Source: Thermodesulfobacteriota bacterium
Lineage (GTDB): Bacteria; Desulfobacterota; Binatia; Bin18
NCBI GenBank assembly: GCA_964291405.2
Contig: OZ219926.1
Coordinates: 992,001-1,056,000, forward strand
Direction: 5' to 3'
Length of the DNA: 64,000 bases
Below, piece by piece: positions 29,815 to 41,740 of the stretch. The position numbers were made by a program, and so were the translations under genes. Position 1 is the first letter of the stretch, and each line of letters opens with the position of its first letter. The notes below the pieces were generated by a model. It had not been told where the DNA came from. It searched no databases and saw nothing but the letters and a program-made list of their open reading frames with translations.

Positions 29815-31908
29815 CTAACGTGCCGCGCCCTGCTCTGCCAGGGCTTCGCGCCGACTGAGACGAATTTTTCCCTGCCGATCGATCTCAAGGACTTTGACGG
29901 TAATCTCGTCCCCTTCGTCAACAATATCGGTCACCTGCCGCACCCGCTCAGGCGCAAGTTGAGAGATGTGGACCAGGCCTTCTTTCCCAGGCAGGATTTC
30001 GACAAAAGCCCCAAAATCGACCACCTTCTTGACCGTTCCGGTGTAGAGCTTGCCGATCTCCGCATCCGCGGTGACCGCCTCGACTTTGCTGATCGCCCGA
30101 TCCATGGAGTCTCCGTCGGAGGAGGCAATAGACACCGTGCCGTCGTCTTCGACATCGATTTTGACTCCGGTCTCTTCGACGATAGAGCGGATCATTTTTC
30201 CGCCGGGGCCGATGAGATCGCGAATTTTATCCGGCTTGATTTTCAGGGTCAGAATCCGCGGCGCATGTTCTGCGACCTGTTCACGGGGAGTTTCGAGCGA
30301 CTCGGCCATCTTCCCAAGAATGTGCAAACGCCCGTCACGGGCCTGATATAGGGCCTGGCGCATGATTTCACGCGTGACGCCGGCAATTTTGATGTCCATT
30401 TGGAGGGCGGTAATGCCGTCGGCCGTGCCCGCAACCTTGAAATCCATATCGCCCAGATGATCCTCGTCACCGAGAATATCACTGAGAATCCGGACCTCTT
30501 CTCCTTCTTTGATCAGCCCCATCGCAATGCCGGCGACCGGTGCCACGATCGGGACGCCGGCGTCCATCAGCGACAGCGCGCCGCTGCATACGGTGGCCAT
30601 GGAGGAAGAGCCGTTTGATTCCAGGATTTCCGACACGACCCGGATAGTATAGGGGAACTCATTTCCCGCCGGGAGAACGGCCAGCAGTGCCCGTTCGGCA
30701 AGGGCGCCGTGCCCGATCTCTCGCCGTCCGGGATTCCGCATCGGACGGGCTTCCCCCACACTGAAAGGCGGGAAGTTGTAATGCAGCATGAATTTCCGGT
30801 ACTGCTCACCGATCAAAGCATCCACCCGTTGCTCGTCTGCGGATGTCCCCAGCGTCGCAACCGCCAGGGCTTGTGTTTCGCCGCGTGTGAAAAGAGCCGA
30901 GCCATGCGTTCGGGGCAGCATGCCGACTTCACACGAGATGGGACGAATATCGGTCAATCCGCGTCCGTCTACGCGCTGGCTCTTGTCAACAATCGCCGTG
31001 CGCATGATTTCGCCAGTCAGCTTTTCCAGGGCTTCCGCAACCTCCCCACCCCGCTCGGCGAACTCTTCCCCGAGCGCCTCAGTCGCTTCCTTCTTGGCGG
31101 ACTTGATGGCGGCCCCGCGCTCCAGTTTCGCCGCAATCGTCAGAGCCCCACTGAGCTTTTGGGTCGCGGCGGCCCGAACGCGGTCGGCCAGCTCGGTATC
31201 GGTCACGGGCTCTGCGAACTGTCGTTTTGGCTTTCCGGCGACCCGGACAAGTTCGTCCTGCACGTCGAGAACCGGAGCCGCGGCTTCCTGAGCAAGGAAC
31301 AGTGCCTCAAGCATGTCTTCTTCAGAGACTATGCGCGCGCCGCCCTCGACCATGACAATGGCATCCCGGCCGGCAGCGACAAACAGGTTGATATCGCTGT
31401 CCTGGAACTGGCTCTGCAACGGATTGACCACCAGTTCTCCGTGTAAGCGTCCGATCCGGACGCCGGCGATGGGCCCCCCAAAAGGGATATCGGAGACGTG
31501 CAGGGCCGCAGAGGCACCGATGAGGGCCAGGGTATCGGCATCGTTTTCCCGGTCCACCGACAGGACCGACGCAACAATCTGGGTCTCACAGGCAAAGCCC
31601 TTGGGGAAGAGCGGCCGAATCGCCCGGTCTACAATCCGCGAGGTCAGGACTTCCCGCTCTGCCGGACGCCCTTCCCGCTTGAAAAATCCTCCGGGAATTT
31701 TCCCTGCGGCATAGGTTCGTTCCTGGTAGTCAACAGTCAAAGGGAAAAAGTCGATCCCCTCACGCGCTGAATCTGACGCCACCGCAGTCACCAGGACAAC
31801 GGTTTCCCCGTATTGGACGAGGGCTGCACCACTCGTCTGTTTCGCAAGACGCCCGGTTTCAATAGACAGCGGGCGACCGTAGTATTCCATTTCGATCTTT
31901 TTATACAT
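29815..31908 (-). CDS. pnp: Polyribonucleotide nucleotidyltransferase
   Basis: [30 protein letters not shown]; KH and S1 domains. Confidence 0.97.
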   Translation of the reverse strand: MYKKIEMEYYGRPLSIETGRLAKQTSGAALVQYGETVVLVTAVASDSAREGIDFFPLTVDYQERTYAAGKIPGGFFKREGRPAEREVLTSRIVDRAIRPLFPKGFACETQIVASVLSVDRENDADTLALIGASAALHVSDIPFGGPIAGVRIGRLHGELVVNPLQSQFQDSDINLFVAAGRDAIVMVEGGARIVSEEDMLEALFLAQEAAAPVLDVQDELVRVAGKPKRQFAEPVTDTELADRVRAAATQKLSGALTIAAKLERGAAIKSAKKEATEALGEEFAERGGEVAEALEKLTGEIMRTAIVDKSQRVDGRGLTDIRPISCEVGMLPRTHGSALFTRGETQALAVATLGTSADEQRVDALIGEQYRKFMLHYNFPPFSVGEARPMRNPGRREIGHGALAERALLAVLPAGNEFPYTIRVVSEILESNGSSSMATVCSGALSLMDAGVPIVAPVAGIAMGLIKEGEEVRILSDILGDEDHLGDMDFKVAGTADGITALQMDIKIAGVTREIMRQALYQARDGRLHILGKMAESLETPREQVAEHAPRILTLKIKPDKIRDLIGPGGKMIRSIVEETGVKIDVEDDGTVSIASSDGDSMDRAISKVEAVTADAEIGKLYTGTVKKVVDFGAFVEILPGKEGLVHISQLAPERVRQVTDIVDEGDEITVKVLEIDRQGKIRLSRREALAEQGAAR

Positions 31909-32012
31909 GTCTTCCTTCAATGTTCCCTGCGCCAAGGTTCTGACGACGCAGCGACCACTCTCTCCACAACACTCTCTCCACAACAACGGCCAACAGCACT
32001 GAGAACGTTGGT

Positions 32013-32279
32013 CTAGCGTCGCAAGCCGAGGCGCTGGAGTATACTGCGATAACGCTGTATATCCCGACTCCGCAGGTAGTCGAGCAAACGGCGACGACGA
32101 CCCACCATTTTCAGCAGGCCGCGCCTAGAGAGGTGATCTTTTTTATGGGTTTTGAAATGCTCGGTGAGATGGACGATCCGTTTGGTCAGAATGGCAATTT
32201 GGACTTCGGGTGAGCCCGTATCCTTATCGTGCACCCGAAACTGACTGATGGTTTCGCTTTTCTGTTCAGCCTCCTGCAT
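32013..32279 (-). CDS. rpsO: 30S ribosomal protein S15
   Basis: [19 protein letters not shown]. Confidence 0.97.
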   Translation of the reverse strand: MQEAEQKSETISQFRVHDKDTGSPEVQIAILTKRIVHLTEHFKTHKKDHLSRRGLLKMVGRRRRLLDYLRSRDIQRYRSILQRLGLRR

Positions 32280-32520
32280 ATGTCTTCCTTCTTTCTTCCC
32301 TACTCTTCTTTACTTCCTTACTCCTTGGTTATTCTTCTCATTTTTAACACGCTGTTTTCCTAGTGTAAAGTTAGGGAATTATAGGGTCCTGGCTTAATTC
32401 AGCCACGGAATTGAACTTACGCCATTCGTGGCGCTGTTTGAATGGGAGAGTGGCACAGGTTGGTCCATGCACAGATAAGGCCAGAGCAGCGGTCTTACTA
32501 TTCGCTATAATTCCCTAAAG

Positions 32521-33405
32521 TCAGAACACCCGGGCAAGCTTCCAGGTCTCCTGCGCGGCGGTCACAATGGCAATCAATTCACGCTCCGCACTCAAAATCC
32601 GGGCCGTCTCCCCTGCGGCCTGGGCTGCGGGCAGTGTCTGTAAAAAAGCCTGCTGTCCGTGCCGGATAAGCGTCGCCTCCGGGGCCGATACCAGAAAGGT
32701 CCGGTAGGACTGGGTCGCCTGGACTAATGAGAGCAGGGGCAGCGGCTGTCCCGGCTGGGGACTCCGGACCTGAGAGAGCGGGACGGCCTGGTCGATGCTG
32801 AACGCACCAAAAACCGTCCGGCGGAGACGCGTCAGATGGGCGAGAGTGTTCAGCGCCACTCCGATATCGGCGGCCAGGACCCGGATATAGGTGCCCTTTG
32901 AGCACGAGACGGAAAAATCAATGGCGGGCGGCTCTCCGAGCGTCAGAGCGAGGTGGGACACATGCACCCGACGGGGCTCGCGCTCCACCTCAATGCCTTG
33001 TCGGGCCAGTTTGTACAGCGGGACCCCTTTTCGTTTCAGCGCGGAATACATCGGCGGAGTCTGCCAATAATCGCCGAGAAACCGCTGCTCGATCTTTCTC
33101 AGCTGCGTCGGAGGGCAGTCTGGAACAGATGCCGTGCGGGTGACCGTCCCGGTGCAGTCGAGCGTATCGGTCTCAACGCCGAGTCGCAGCGTTCCGGTAT
33201 AGGACTTCTGTTCGGCCATGAGGAACGGCGAGAGTTTGGTTCCGGCCCCCAGACAGATGGGCAGCAGGCCACTGGCAAAGGGGTCAAGCGTCCCGAGATG
33301 GCCAATTTTTTTGACCCGCAGCGCCCTTTTGAGAATGCGGACAACCTCCGCAGACGTCGGCCCTTGTGGCTTGTCGATGAGGAGGAGCCCATCAAGTCCG
33401 GCCAC
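32521..33405 (-). CDS. truB: tRNA pseudouridine(55) synthase
   Basis: GHLGTLDPFASG, PPMYSA, CSKGTYIR. Confidence 0.95.
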   Translation of the reverse strand: MAGLDGLLLIDKPQGPTSAEVVRILKRALRVKKIGHLGTLDPFASGLLPICLGAGTKLSPFLMAEQKSYTGTLRLGVETDTLDCTGTVTRTASVPDCPPTQLRKIEQRFLGDYWQTPPMYSALKRKGVPLYKLARQGIEVEREPRRVHVSHLALTLGEPPAIDFSVSCSKGTYIRVLAADIGVALNTLAHLTRLRRTVFGAFSIDQAVPLSQVRSPQPGQPLPLLSLVQATQSYRTFLVSAPEATLIRHGQQAFLQTLPAAQAAGETARILSAERELIAIVTAAQETWKLARVF

Positions 33406-33752
33406 TAGTGGTCTTCCTGTTTTATTTGATGAAAAAGATTTTCCAGGTGGTTGACCTCATCCAGGGTCGTGTCATAGAGAAATTCCAGCGTGGGGGTGTA
33501 GCGGAGTTGCAAACGGGCTGCCACCTGACGGCGGATATAGCCAGCCGCACTCCGGAGACCGGCCATGGCCTCCGCACGGGTTTCGTCCTGGAGGGTCCGC
33601 ACGAAGATGCGCGCGAGGCGCAGGTCGGGGCTCAGGGTCGCGGCAGTGACGGTGACCCCATTGACTCTGGGGTCTTTCACTTCCCGTAAGACAATATCGG
33701 CAACCGCGTGGAGGAGCAGACCACTCACCCGTTCAGGACGGCGGACAGGCAT
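33405..33752 (-). CDS. rbfA: Ribosome-binding factor A
   Basis: VKDPR, LSPDL, LRYTP.L.F.YD. Confidence 0.95.
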   Translation of the reverse strand: MPVRRPERVSGLLLHAVADIVLREVKDPRVNGVTVTAATLSPDLRLARIFVRTLQDETRAEAMAGLRSAAGYIRRQVAARLQLRYTPTLEFLYDTTLDEVNHLENLFHQIKQEDH

Positions 33753-33761
33753 ATCAATCTT

Positions 33762-34049
33762 CTAGTAATGGAGAATCTCGACTTGGGTTTCACCCAGCTC
33801 AGCGACGTGCAGCCGTTCAATAAAATTCGTCACCGCCTGTAAGGCGCCCTCAACATAGGCGTGATCAGAGCCGACTTGGCAAACCGCCAGCGCAATGGTT
33901 TGCCACTGGTCTTGCTCGGCGTACTCTGCGACAGAAACGTTGAACTCGTTGCGGACGCGGCTCTTGATCTTCCGAACAACGCCACGTTTCTCCTTTAAGG
34001 AATGACTCGCATGACTGTAGAGGATCAGTCGAAGCACGCCCACAACCAT
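33762..34049 (-). CDS. DUF503 (YlxP-like) protein
   Basis: SLKEKR, FNVSVAE; usual position between infB and rbfA. Confidence 0.9.
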   Translation of the reverse strand: MVVGVLRLILYSHASHSLKEKRGVVRKIKSRVRNEFNVSVAEYAEQDQWQTIALAVCQVGSDHAYVEGALQAVTNFIERLHVAELGETQVEILHY

Positions 34050-34136
34050 CGGCCACCTCCCGATAGGGTGCAGGAACGAACGGGCAGCAGACTCCCCTGC
34101 CTGGTCGCCCCACCCCTCCGCCTTCCTCTGTACCGA

Positions 34137-36992
34137 CTACGACGCGTGTTGTTCCACTTCCTGGGGGCGTGGTTCGAGACGCCGCACGACTTCTTCGAGC
34201 TCATACACCTCCAAGACATCGCCGACTTTGACATCCTGAAAATTCTCGACGCTGGCCCCGCATTCCGTTCCGGCCGAGACCTCGCGGACGTCATCCTTGA
34301 ATCGACGCAGCGTCGAAAGACGTCCGGTGTGAACGACCACGTGATCACGGACCACTCGAACCTGAGCCCCGCGCGTGACGCCGCCTTCGACCACCATGCA
34401 GCCGGCAACCAGGCCAATCTTTGAAACCGAAAAGACCTCCCGGACTTCCGCCCGACCAAGCGGATTTTCTTTATAGGTCGGGGCAAGCATGCCCTCCATG
34501 GCCGCCCGGACATCGGCAATGACATCATAAATGATGCCATATAATCGCAGCTCAATACCCTCCCGGTCCGCCAACTGAGCCGCCTTGACCTCGGGGCGGA
34601 TATTAAAGCCGATAATAATGCCCTTCGAGGCCGAGGCGAGCAGGACGTCGGATTCGGAGATGCCGCCAACAGAGGCGTGGAGCACGGTCAGCTTCACCTC
34701 GTCGGTAGACAATCGGGTCAGCGCATCTCGCACGGCTTCAGCCGAGCCCTGGACATCGGCTTTAATAATCACCCGAAGCTCTTGCACTTCTCCGGCTTGG
34801 GCCTGTTGATAAAAGTCTTCGAGCGAGGTCCGACTACTCTTTGTCAATTCCGTCTCACGCCGTTTCTCTGTCCGGTAGTCTGCGATCTGGCGCACCTTGG
34901 CTTCATCTCCAAGGGCGACAAACGTATCCCCGGCCTCAGGCACTCCGGTCAGGCCGAGAATCTCGACCGGCATGGACGGGAGGGCAATTTTTACCTTCTG
35001 GCCCCGACTATCAATCATGGCCCTGACCCGGCCATGTTCCGTGCCACACACAAAGGGATCGCCGACTTTCAACTGTCCTTCTTGGATGAGCACGGTGGCG
35101 ACCGCCCCGCGGCCCCGGTCGAGCTGGGCTTCCACAATGACCCCACGCGCAAATTTGTTCGGATTTGCGCGCAGTTCCATGATGTCGGCCTGGAGCGTCA
35201 GCATCTCCAGGAGATGCGCAATCCCCTCTCCGGTGAGAGCGGACACCGGAGCAAAAATAATATCCCCGCCCAAATCCTCTGCGACCAGACCCTGGGACAT
35301 CAACTCGCGCTTGACCCGTTCGGGGTCTGCCCCCGGTTTGTCTATTTTATTCACCGCAACAATGATGGGCACCTCGGCGGCCCGGGCGTGGTTAATGGCC
35401 TCAACGGTCTGGGGCATGACCCCATCGTCCGCAGCCACCACCAGCGTCACAATATCCGTTGCCTTGGCGCCACGCGCGCGCATAGAGGTGAATGCCTCGT
35501 GGCCCGGGGTGTCGAGAAACGTCACGCTGCGGCCCTCGACCGGCACATTATAGGCGCCGATGTGTTGAGTAATTCCGCCCTGTTCGTGGTCGGTGACATT
35601 CGTCTGTCGGATCTTGTCCAACAGCGATGTTTTCCCATGGTCTACATGCCCCATGATGGTCACCACCGGCGGCCGCTGCTCAAGCGCACCATCATCTTCT
35701 GCGGCTTCGTGCTCGTCTTCCAGGACAGACTCCGCGTCAAAGGCCACATTCTCGACCGTATATTCGAAGTCCGCGGCCACGAGCGAGGCCGTATCATGAT
35801 CGAGGACCTGGTTAATGGTCGCCATGACCCCAAGGCCCATCAGCTTTTTAATGACTTCTCCAACCTTCACCCCCAGACTGTGGGCGAAATCTCCAACGGT
35901 AATCACTTCGGAGATTCGAACAACCCGCTTGCTGGCCTTGGGGACTGTAATTTCGGTCTGCCGCTGCTCCTTGCCCGGCAGGATCCGTTTCTTTTTGGCC
36001 CCGCGCGAGACGTGCGCCTCCCGCTCTTGGACATCGAGCGACTCGGCGTTCCGGACAACCTTCCGCTTCTTGCCACGCTTTTTCCCGCTCGCCCCTATCC
36101 CTTCACCACTCGTACCCTCACGGATACCGACATCAGTGGGGAAAGAGGGAGAAGAAGGGGGTCGGGTGAAGGCCTGTGGGGCGGGGGGCCCGGCGAGTTT
36201 ACCAAGATCAATCCGGCCCAGCACCCGTACCGGACGAGCGCTCTCTTTCCCGGCGTCCTTCGATGCCGGAGCCGAGTCTTCAGCGGTCTCTCCTTCGGTG
36301 GGAGCCTCTGCCACAACCACGGGTGGCGACTCCTCGGCTGGAGTGTCGCCGCCGGGGATAACCGCGCTGGGCTCTGCTTGTTCAGCAGACTCCTGTTCTT
36401 CCTCTGCGCCGGCTGTTCCGTCATCAACCAGCACGGGTATGGACGGCCCGGGGACCTCACCTCGGGCCTCCTGTTGGTGGGCCTCGTCTATCGACTCGGG
36501 AGGGAGCTCGAAGGCGGGCGTCTCGGCAGAGAGCGGTTCGGAAATAAACGGAGCGGGCTGCTGTACGGGAGCATCAAACGAGACCGGAGCAAAGGTCGGC
36601 AGCGGCTCTTCGACGGTTGGTGCTGAAAATGCGACAGGGGCAGATTCGGACCAGGTAGCCGTGTCTTCGTTCAGGACTTCGACCCGCTTCCGGCGGCGAA
36701 TAACGTTTGGGCGAATCCGATTCTCGCGAGTCTCTTCCCGGGCGGTCACCACATGCTCTTTTTGCTGGTCAAGCTCGGTGACAACGCGCTCGGCGACGAC
36801 TTTTTCTTCTCCGAGTACCAGTGGAGGAGCCGTAGGCGACTGCAGCGCCTGCTGTACGGCATCGGCCTCTTGCTCAGAGAGGGTGCTTTGGGCCTTTTTC
36901 CCGTGGATGCCCTGAGCTTCAAGCTGAGTCAGCACTTGCCGCGTTTCGACTCTCCATTCCCTGGCTAATTCATGGATACGCTTGCGTGACAT
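34137..36992 (-). CDS. infB: Translation initiation factor IF-2
   Basis: [20 protein letters not shown]. Confidence 0.97.
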   Translation of the reverse strand: MSRKRIHELAREWRVETRQVLTQLEAQGIHGKKAQSTLSEQEADAVQQALQSPTAPPLVLGEEKVVAERVVTELDQQKEHVVTAREETRENRIRPNVIRRRKRVEVLNEDTATWSESAPVAFSAPTVEEPLPTFAPVSFDAPVQQPAPFISEPLSAETPAFELPPESIDEAHQQEARGEVPGPSIPVLVDDGTAGAEEEQESAEQAEPSAVIPGGDTPAEESPPVVVAEAPTEGETAEDSAPASKDAGKESARPVRVLGRIDLGKLAGPPAPQAFTRPPSSPSFPTDVGIREGTSGEGIGASGKKRGKKRKVVRNAESLDVQEREAHVSRGAKKKRILPGKEQRQTEITVPKASKRVVRISEVITVGDFAHSLGVKVGEVIKKLMGLGVMATINQVLDHDTASLVAADFEYTVENVAFDAESVLEDEHEAAEDDGALEQRPPVVTIMGHVDHGKTSLLDKIRQTNVTDHEQGGITQHIGAYNVPVEGRSVTFLDTPGHEAFTSMRARGAKATDIVTLVVAADDGVMPQTVEAINHARAAEVPIIVAVNKIDKPGADPERVKRELMSQGLVAEDLGGDIIFAPVSALTGEGIAHLLEMLTLQADIMELRANPNKFARGVIVEAQLDRGRGAVATVLIQEGQLKVGDPFVCGTEHGRVRAMIDSRGQKVKIALPSMPVEILGLTGVPEAGDTFVALGDEAKVRQIADYRTEKRRETELTKSSRTSLEDFYQQAQAGEVQELRVIIKADVQGSAEAVRDALTRLSTDEVKLTVLHASVGGISESDVLLASASKGIIIGFNIRPEVKAAQLADREGIELRLYGIIYDVIADVRAAMEGMLAPTYKENPLGRAEVREVFSVSKIGLVAGCMVVEGGVTRGAQVRVVRDHVVVHTGRLSTLRRFKDDVREVSAGTECGASVENFQDVKVGDVLEVYELEEVVRRLEPRPQEVEQHAS

Positions 36993-37012
36993 ATGACCTC
37001 ATCGCCGTCTCT

Positions 37013-37279
37013 TCACCCCGGCAGGCTGGGCTCTATCAGGGCGGCATAGCTCACCCGCGCCTCGCGGGAGCATACCACCCGTAAGGAGCGACAACTCTTC
37101 GTCCGTACGTTGACAAAAGCATTAACACATTCTCGACTCGCATGGAGATATCCGCCTCGACCACGATTGTAAGCGGGAATGAGCTGGCCTTGAGACGTTA
37201 CGGTCAACCGTAACAACCGGCCTTTCTTCTCCCGGTGGCCACATCCCAGACAGGTCCGAATCGGCTCGGTACGCTTCAT
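37013..37279 (-). CDS. YlxR/DUF448 family protein
   Basis: P.RTC.GC, GRGGY; between nusA and infB. Confidence 0.88.
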   Translation of the reverse strand: MKRTEPIRTCLGCGHREKKGRLLRLTVTSQGQLIPAYNRGRGGYLHASRECVNAFVNVRTKSCRSLRVVCSREARVSYAALIEPSLPG

Positions 37280-38670
37280 ACGTCTTCAACCGTTGTCCCT
37301 GTCGTCTCTGCCTGGTCTCCTCCATCAAGGGGAGCCGGAGCAGATTCTTCCTGCATATTTGCCGCCGGCGTATCAACGGCCGCCGTGTCCTGTTCACTGA
37401 GCGCGGCCTCCTGTTCCGCCGCTATTTTCTCCGCCTGCTCCTTGGCCGCGTCCCAAATCACCGCGGCCCGGTCCGGTCCAATCCCTTCCACTTCAAGCAG
37501 CGCCTCAATATCGGCACCAGCGATTTCCTGAGCCGATTTAAAGCCCTGTTGGTATAAGAGCTCTGCCGTAATATCGGCGTTCGACTCCCCTATGCCTGGG
37601 ATGGCATTCAACGCCTCAAGGGCTTGGACATGTTCCAACTCGACTTCCGACTCGGACCGGACGTCCAGCTTCCAGTTCGTCAGACGGGAAGCCAACCGGA
37701 CATTTTGGCCCTTCTTTCCAATAGCCAGAGAGAGCTGATCGTCCGGGACGATCACTTCCATGGTGTTTTCATCTTCATCCAGAATAATCTTGGCAACCTT
37801 GGCCGGCAGAATGGCGCGACAGACGTATTCAGCCGGGTCAGGTGTCCAGGGAACAATATCTATCCGTTCTCCCCGGAGTTCTTGGACAACGGATTGGACG
37901 CGCGTCCCCTTCATCCCAACACAAGCTCCCACAGGGTCGACATCAGGGTCGGTTGAGTGCACCCCAATCTTTGCGCGGGTGCCCGGTTCTCGGGCGGCAC
38001 CCTTGATTTCCACAATGCCTTCGTACACCTCCGGTGCCTCTTGCTCGAACAGTTTGATCAAGAACCCGGGGTGCGTTCGAGAGAGTACGATCTGGGGGCC
38101 TTTTTGCGCGAGGTCGACATCAAGGATATAGGCCCGTATCCGGTCCCCCTGACGGTATCGCTCCCAAGGAATCTGTTCCTTTTCGGGCAGGACCGCGTCA
38201 GTACGACCCAAATTCACAATGATGTTTCGCCGTTCAACGCGCTGGACGATCCCGGAAAAGAGTTCGCCTTTCCGATTCTTGAATTCATTATAGATCAGCT
38301 CGCGTTCGGCCTCGCGGACCTTCTGAATGACGCTCTGTTTTGCCACTTGGGCGGCAATGCGGCCAAAAGACGCCGCGGGAAGCTTGCTGAGCAGTTCGTC
38401 GCCAATCTGGGCCTCAGGGTCCAGCGTTTCTTGCGCGTCCGCCACCTCTATTTCGGTTTCCGCATCGGTCACGGTCCCGACCACCGTTTTCATTTCAAAG
38501 AGTTCAACCTCACCGATGTCCTCATTAAATTTCGCTTCGATCTGCTTCTGGCCAAAGGTTCGGCGGGCCGCGGACAGCATGGCGCTCTCGAGCGCTTCAA
38601 CAATAACGCTCCGGTCCATCCCTTTTTCTTTACTGACTTGTTCGATCACCCGATTCAAGTCTGGCTGCAT
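37276..38670 (-). CDS. nusA: Transcription factor NusA
   Basis: FGRIAAQ, DPVGACVG, SLAIGKKGQNVRLA. Confidence 0.97.
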   Translation of the reverse strand: MQPDLNRVIEQVSKEKGMDRSVIVEALESAMLSAARRTFGQKQIEAKFNEDIGEVELFEMKTVVGTVTDAETEIEVADAQETLDPEAQIGDELLSKLPAASFGRIAAQVAKQSVIQKVREAERELIYNEFKNRKGELFSGIVQRVERRNIIVNLGRTDAVLPEKEQIPWERYRQGDRIRAYILDVDLAQKGPQIVLSRTHPGFLIKLFEQEAPEVYEGIVEIKGAAREPGTRAKIGVHSTDPDVDPVGACVGMKGTRVQSVVQELRGERIDIVPWTPDPAEYVCRAILPAKVAKIILDEDENTMEVIVPDDQLSLAIGKKGQNVRLASRLTNWKLDVRSESEVELEHVQALEALNAIPGIGESNADITAELLYQQGFKSAQEIAGADIEALLEVEGIGPDRAAVIWDAAKEQAEKIAAEQEAALSEQDTAAVDTPAANMQEESAPAPLDGGDQAETTGTTVEDV

Positions 38671-38675
38671 AGCGG

Positions 38676-39206
38676 TTACCTCGTCTGGCGGCGTCTGCTT
38701 TTCCGTTTCTTCCTCTCGGGACTCTTCCCAGGCAGGGGGAGAGGAAGATCAACATGGGCCCGTGCCACATTTGCCCAGCTCACCCGAACTTTTCCTCTTT
38801 CTTGGTCAACCACGCTAATAGCATTCTCTTCTACTTCACATATCGGACCAATGAAAGCCCGCTTCCCGTCCTGGGCTGTTTTTGTCTGTAAGCGGATCGG
38901 TTGTCCCATATAGCGTTGACACTGGCTGGGGCGAAAAAGCGGACGCTGAAGACCGGGAGAGGACACTTCAAGTGTATGGCGCCATGGAATCGGGTCGTGT
39001 ACATCAAGCACATCGCTCAGTTGTCTATGGACTCGGGTACAATCATCAAGCGTCACCCCATTGGTGTTGTCCAGCAAAACCCGTAATATCCAGCGGCCAT
39101 TCTCGGTCAACAAGTCGACGCCCCACAACTCGAAGCCTTCATCCTCGGCCAGGGGGGCGGCCAGGGTCTCAACCTGCTGGATAATCTCTCGGACTGAGGG
39201 TTGCAT
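38676..39206 (-). CDS. rimP: Ribosome maturation factor RimP
   Basis: GVTLDDC, LEVSSPG..RPL. Confidence 0.94.
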   Translation of the reverse strand: MQPSVREIIQQVETLAAPLAEDEGFELWGVDLLTENGRWILRVLLDNTNGVTLDDCTRVHRQLSDVLDVHDPIPWRHTLEVSSPGLQRPLFRPSQCQRYMGQPIRLQTKTAQDGKRAFIGPICEVEENAISVVDQERGKVRVSWANVARAHVDLPLPLPGKSPERKKRKSRRRQTR

Positions 39207-39210
39207 ATGG

Positions 39211-39239
39211 AAAAAAAAAGTGGGCTCCCGCCCACTTTT
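39211..39239 (-). promoter_or_regulatory. rimP leader hairpin
   Basis: AAAAGTGGGC-GGGA-GCCCACTTTT plus U-run just before the rimP ATG; a hairpin widely seen at this position. Confidence 0.75.
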
Positions 39240-39300
39240 CCCCTGCTTCCCGTTCTAGGCTAAACGATCCTCGCCTATCACGCAAGAGGCGCAGCCCGCC

Positions 39301-39789
39301 TCATTCTCCCTCTCCGCTGTTTTCAAGGTCGTGCAGGGTTGCCAGCTCGATAATCGTATAGGACTGCTTCCCTTGAGGAGTGACGATCTCCACCTCGTCG
39401 TCGAGTTCCTTGTGCAAAAGGGCCTGGCCAATCGGAGAGTGGAGCGAAATTTGCCCCATAGCAGGATCAACTTCTTCGGGAAAAACGATCTGATACTCGA
39501 CCACGTCACCCGAATCGACCTCTTCGAGCGTGACTCGGCTGCCGTAGGCAATCGAACCTTTTGGAATACTCGACAGGTCGTACAGCGAGAGTTGCTGCAT
39601 CCGTTCAGTCAGTTGGGCGATCCGGGCTCGGACATAGTCTTGACGCGCCCGCGCCGCATCATATTCGGCATTTTCACTCAGGTCGCCATGGGCAGCAGCC
39701 TCGTGGAGATCTTTCGGAATACGGACATTGAGTTCGTGGTATAATTCGTCAAGCTCTTTTTTCAGCTTTCTTACAATCGGTAGGTCCAT
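39301..39789 (-). CDS. greA: Transcription elongation factor GreA
   Basis: HGDLSENAEY, IS..SPIG.AL. Confidence 0.92.
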   Translation of the reverse strand: MDLPIVRKLKKELDELYHELNVRIPKDLHEAAAHGDLSENAEYDAARARQDYVRARIAQLTERMQQLSLYDLSSIPKGSIAYGSRVTLEEVDSGDVVEYQIVFPEEVDPAMGQISLHSPIGQALLHKELDDEVEIVTPQGKQSYTIIELATLHDLENSGEGE

Positions 39790-39902
39790 AACTCCCCCAT
39801 ACGGTCGTCTTCTGTCTGGCAAGGACGTTCCGCACAAGCGCGACAGGGGTTGGTGGCACTCGTGCACCAACCCCTCCACAGAATAATCGTATCCTTCAGC
39901 AG

Positions 39903-41039
39903 TTAGACGGTCAGGATATGGATCGTACAGGCCGACCCGAGGCCAATGACATGGGCGAGGCCAGCCTTGGCTCCTTCAACCTGGCGCGCTCCCCCCTGGC
40001 CTCGAAGCTGGGTCACGAGCTCATAGATATTCGCGACTCCGGTTGCCCCAAGCGGATGCCCCTTGGAGAGCAGGCCGCCACTGACGTTGACCGGAATATC
40101 GCCCCCCAGTTCGGTTCGCCCTTCGTCAATCATCCGCCCGGCTTCCCCTTCAGCGCACAGGCCCAGGTTCTCGTAATGCAGCAGTTCTGCCGTGGCAAAA
40201 CAATCGTGGAGTTCGACCAAACTCAGGTCTTGTGGCCCGATACCGGCCTTTTCATAGGCTTCTTTTGCCGCATTCTGAGTCAGGGTATTGACATCGGGCA
40301 TGGTCAGGTCCCGATCGGTATAGGGATCCGAGGTCAGGACGGAAGTCGCGATTTTTACCGGCTTACTGGTAAACTGCTGTATCTTGTCTTCCGACATCAG
40401 GATCGCCGCCGCCGCACCGTCTCCGGTCGGACAGCACATATAGAGCGTATTGGGATAGGCAACCATACGGGCGTTCATCACGTCATCCAGCGACACCTCA
40501 ATCTGGTACTGGGACAAGGGATTGTGAACTGAATGTTTATGGTTCTTCACCGAGATCTTGGCGAAATGCTCGGCCGTCGTTCCGTGCTTGCGCATATGTT
40601 CCACACCGGCCTGACCAAAGACGGCCGGCATCAGGCCACTGCCCAATACCCCCTCAACGCTCTCTCCGCCGCTGCGGGCTCCGCCGCCGAGCAAGCCCAT
40701 CTTTCCCATCTGCTCAACGCCAACGGCCATGGTGATATCGTACATCCCGGACGCGACGCCGACATAGGCCTCGCGAAAGGCGGTCGAACCGGTTGCGCAC
40801 GCGTTCGAAACATTGAGTGCAGGGATGCCGGTTTGGCCAATTTGCTGCAGAATCTTCTGCGCATTCATGGCATTGGCCTGGAACAAATTCCCACACACCA
40901 GCATCTCGACGTCTTTGATGGACGCCCCGGCGTCTTTGAGGGCGCGGACTCCCGCTTCCGCTCCCATCTGGGACACGTCCTTGTCAGGGTAGCGTCCAAA
41001 CTTAATCATGCCGACACCGACCACATATACGTCTCTCAT
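39903..41039 (-). CDS. SCP2-type thiolase family protein
   Basis: NACATGS, ELHDCF, GHPLGATG. Confidence 0.9.
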   Translation of the reverse strand: MRDVYVVGVGMIKFGRYPDKDVSQMGAEAGVRALKDAGASIKDVEMLVCGNLFQANAMNAQKILQQIGQTGIPALNVSNACATGSTAFREAYVGVASGMYDITMAVGVEQMGKMGLLGGGARSGGESVEGVLGSGLMPAVFGQAGVEHMRKHGTTAEHFAKISVKNHKHSVHNPLSQYQIEVSLDDVMNARMVAYPNTLYMCCPTGDGAAAAILMSEDKIQQFTSKPVKIATSVLTSDPYTDRDLTMPDVNTLTQNAAKEAYEKAGIGPQDLSLVELHDCFATAELLHYENLGLCAEGEAGRMIDEGRTELGGDIPVNVSGGLLSKGHPLGATGVANIYELVTQLRGQGGARQVEGAKAGLAHVIGLGSACTIHILTV

Positions 41040-41061
41040 AACTTACACCCCTTTGCCGTTA

Positions 41062-41517
41062 TCAGCTTCCTTCATCTTTGCCTGGCCTGAAAAAGAAAGC
41101 AATAATATCGATTGTCTCTTCGTCTCCGTGTGCGTTTTTTTCCTTGCGTTCGCGCACTTTCCGCGTCACCATGTCCACCGGCATACCGAATTCAATCTTT
41201 TGCGGGTCGGGCTCGATATCGACGAGATTGCACCGAACGCTCACCCCTTCCGGGAGGTCAACAATGGCGGATACATACGGGACCGGAATGCCGGGCGCGG
41301 ACTGGTGCACAATGGAGTACACATAGAGCGTGCCGTGATCGCTGAGTCGGACCTCGGGCAAATCTCCGACAAAGGTACACTTGCTGCATCCGACTCGGTT
41401 CCCGCCGATATAGGTCGCGTTACAAGCGGGGCATCGATAACCGACCAGATACGGTTTTTCGTCCGGAGCAGCGGGCAAGCGCAACATCGGCGCGATTGCC
41501 CGTTGTGTATTCGCCAT
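41062..41517 (-). CDS. Zn-ribbon OB-fold (DUF35) thiolase partner
   Basis: CPAC...CSKC, GTLYVYSIV; adjacent to the thiolase. Confidence 0.88.
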   Translation of the reverse strand: MANTQRAIAPMLRLPAAPDEKPYLVGYRCPACNATYIGGNRVGCSKCTFVGDLPEVRLSDHGTLYVYSIVHQSAPGIPVPYVSAIVDLPEGVSVRCNLVDIEPDPQKIEFGMPVDMVTRKVRERKEKNAHGDEETIDIIAFFFRPGKDEGS

Positions 41518-41740
41518 TACCAAGTCCTCTCCACTGGTCCAACCCTGTCTCCGGGTGCTCAGCCCTCCTCTTATGGGTCAGGAGTACCGCCTACCGGCCT
41601 TCTGCTCGGACGCCTGGGCAGGACCGAAAAAAGTCTGTGCTACAGTGCAGCTACCAATATACGAGCGCTCCTGCCAAAACAAGGCCTTGAGCGTTTTTTC
41701 AGAGACAAAACAAGCGCCAGGAAGAGGGGAAAATACAGGC

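Noticed and set aside
32280-32520. AT-rich, purine-skewed gap between truB and rpsO
   Set aside because: Consistent with an ordinary rpsO promoter/leader; no ORF or repeat recognised.
34677-36626. Long antisense ORFs (649 aa here; also 16232-17872, 51572-52837, 318-1313 and others)
   Set aside because: They are shadows of well-supported genes on the opposite strand, expected in GC-rich DNA.
39211-39239. Terminator-like hairpin immediately before rimP
   Set aside because: A known conserved rimP leader feature, listed as a feature and not novel.
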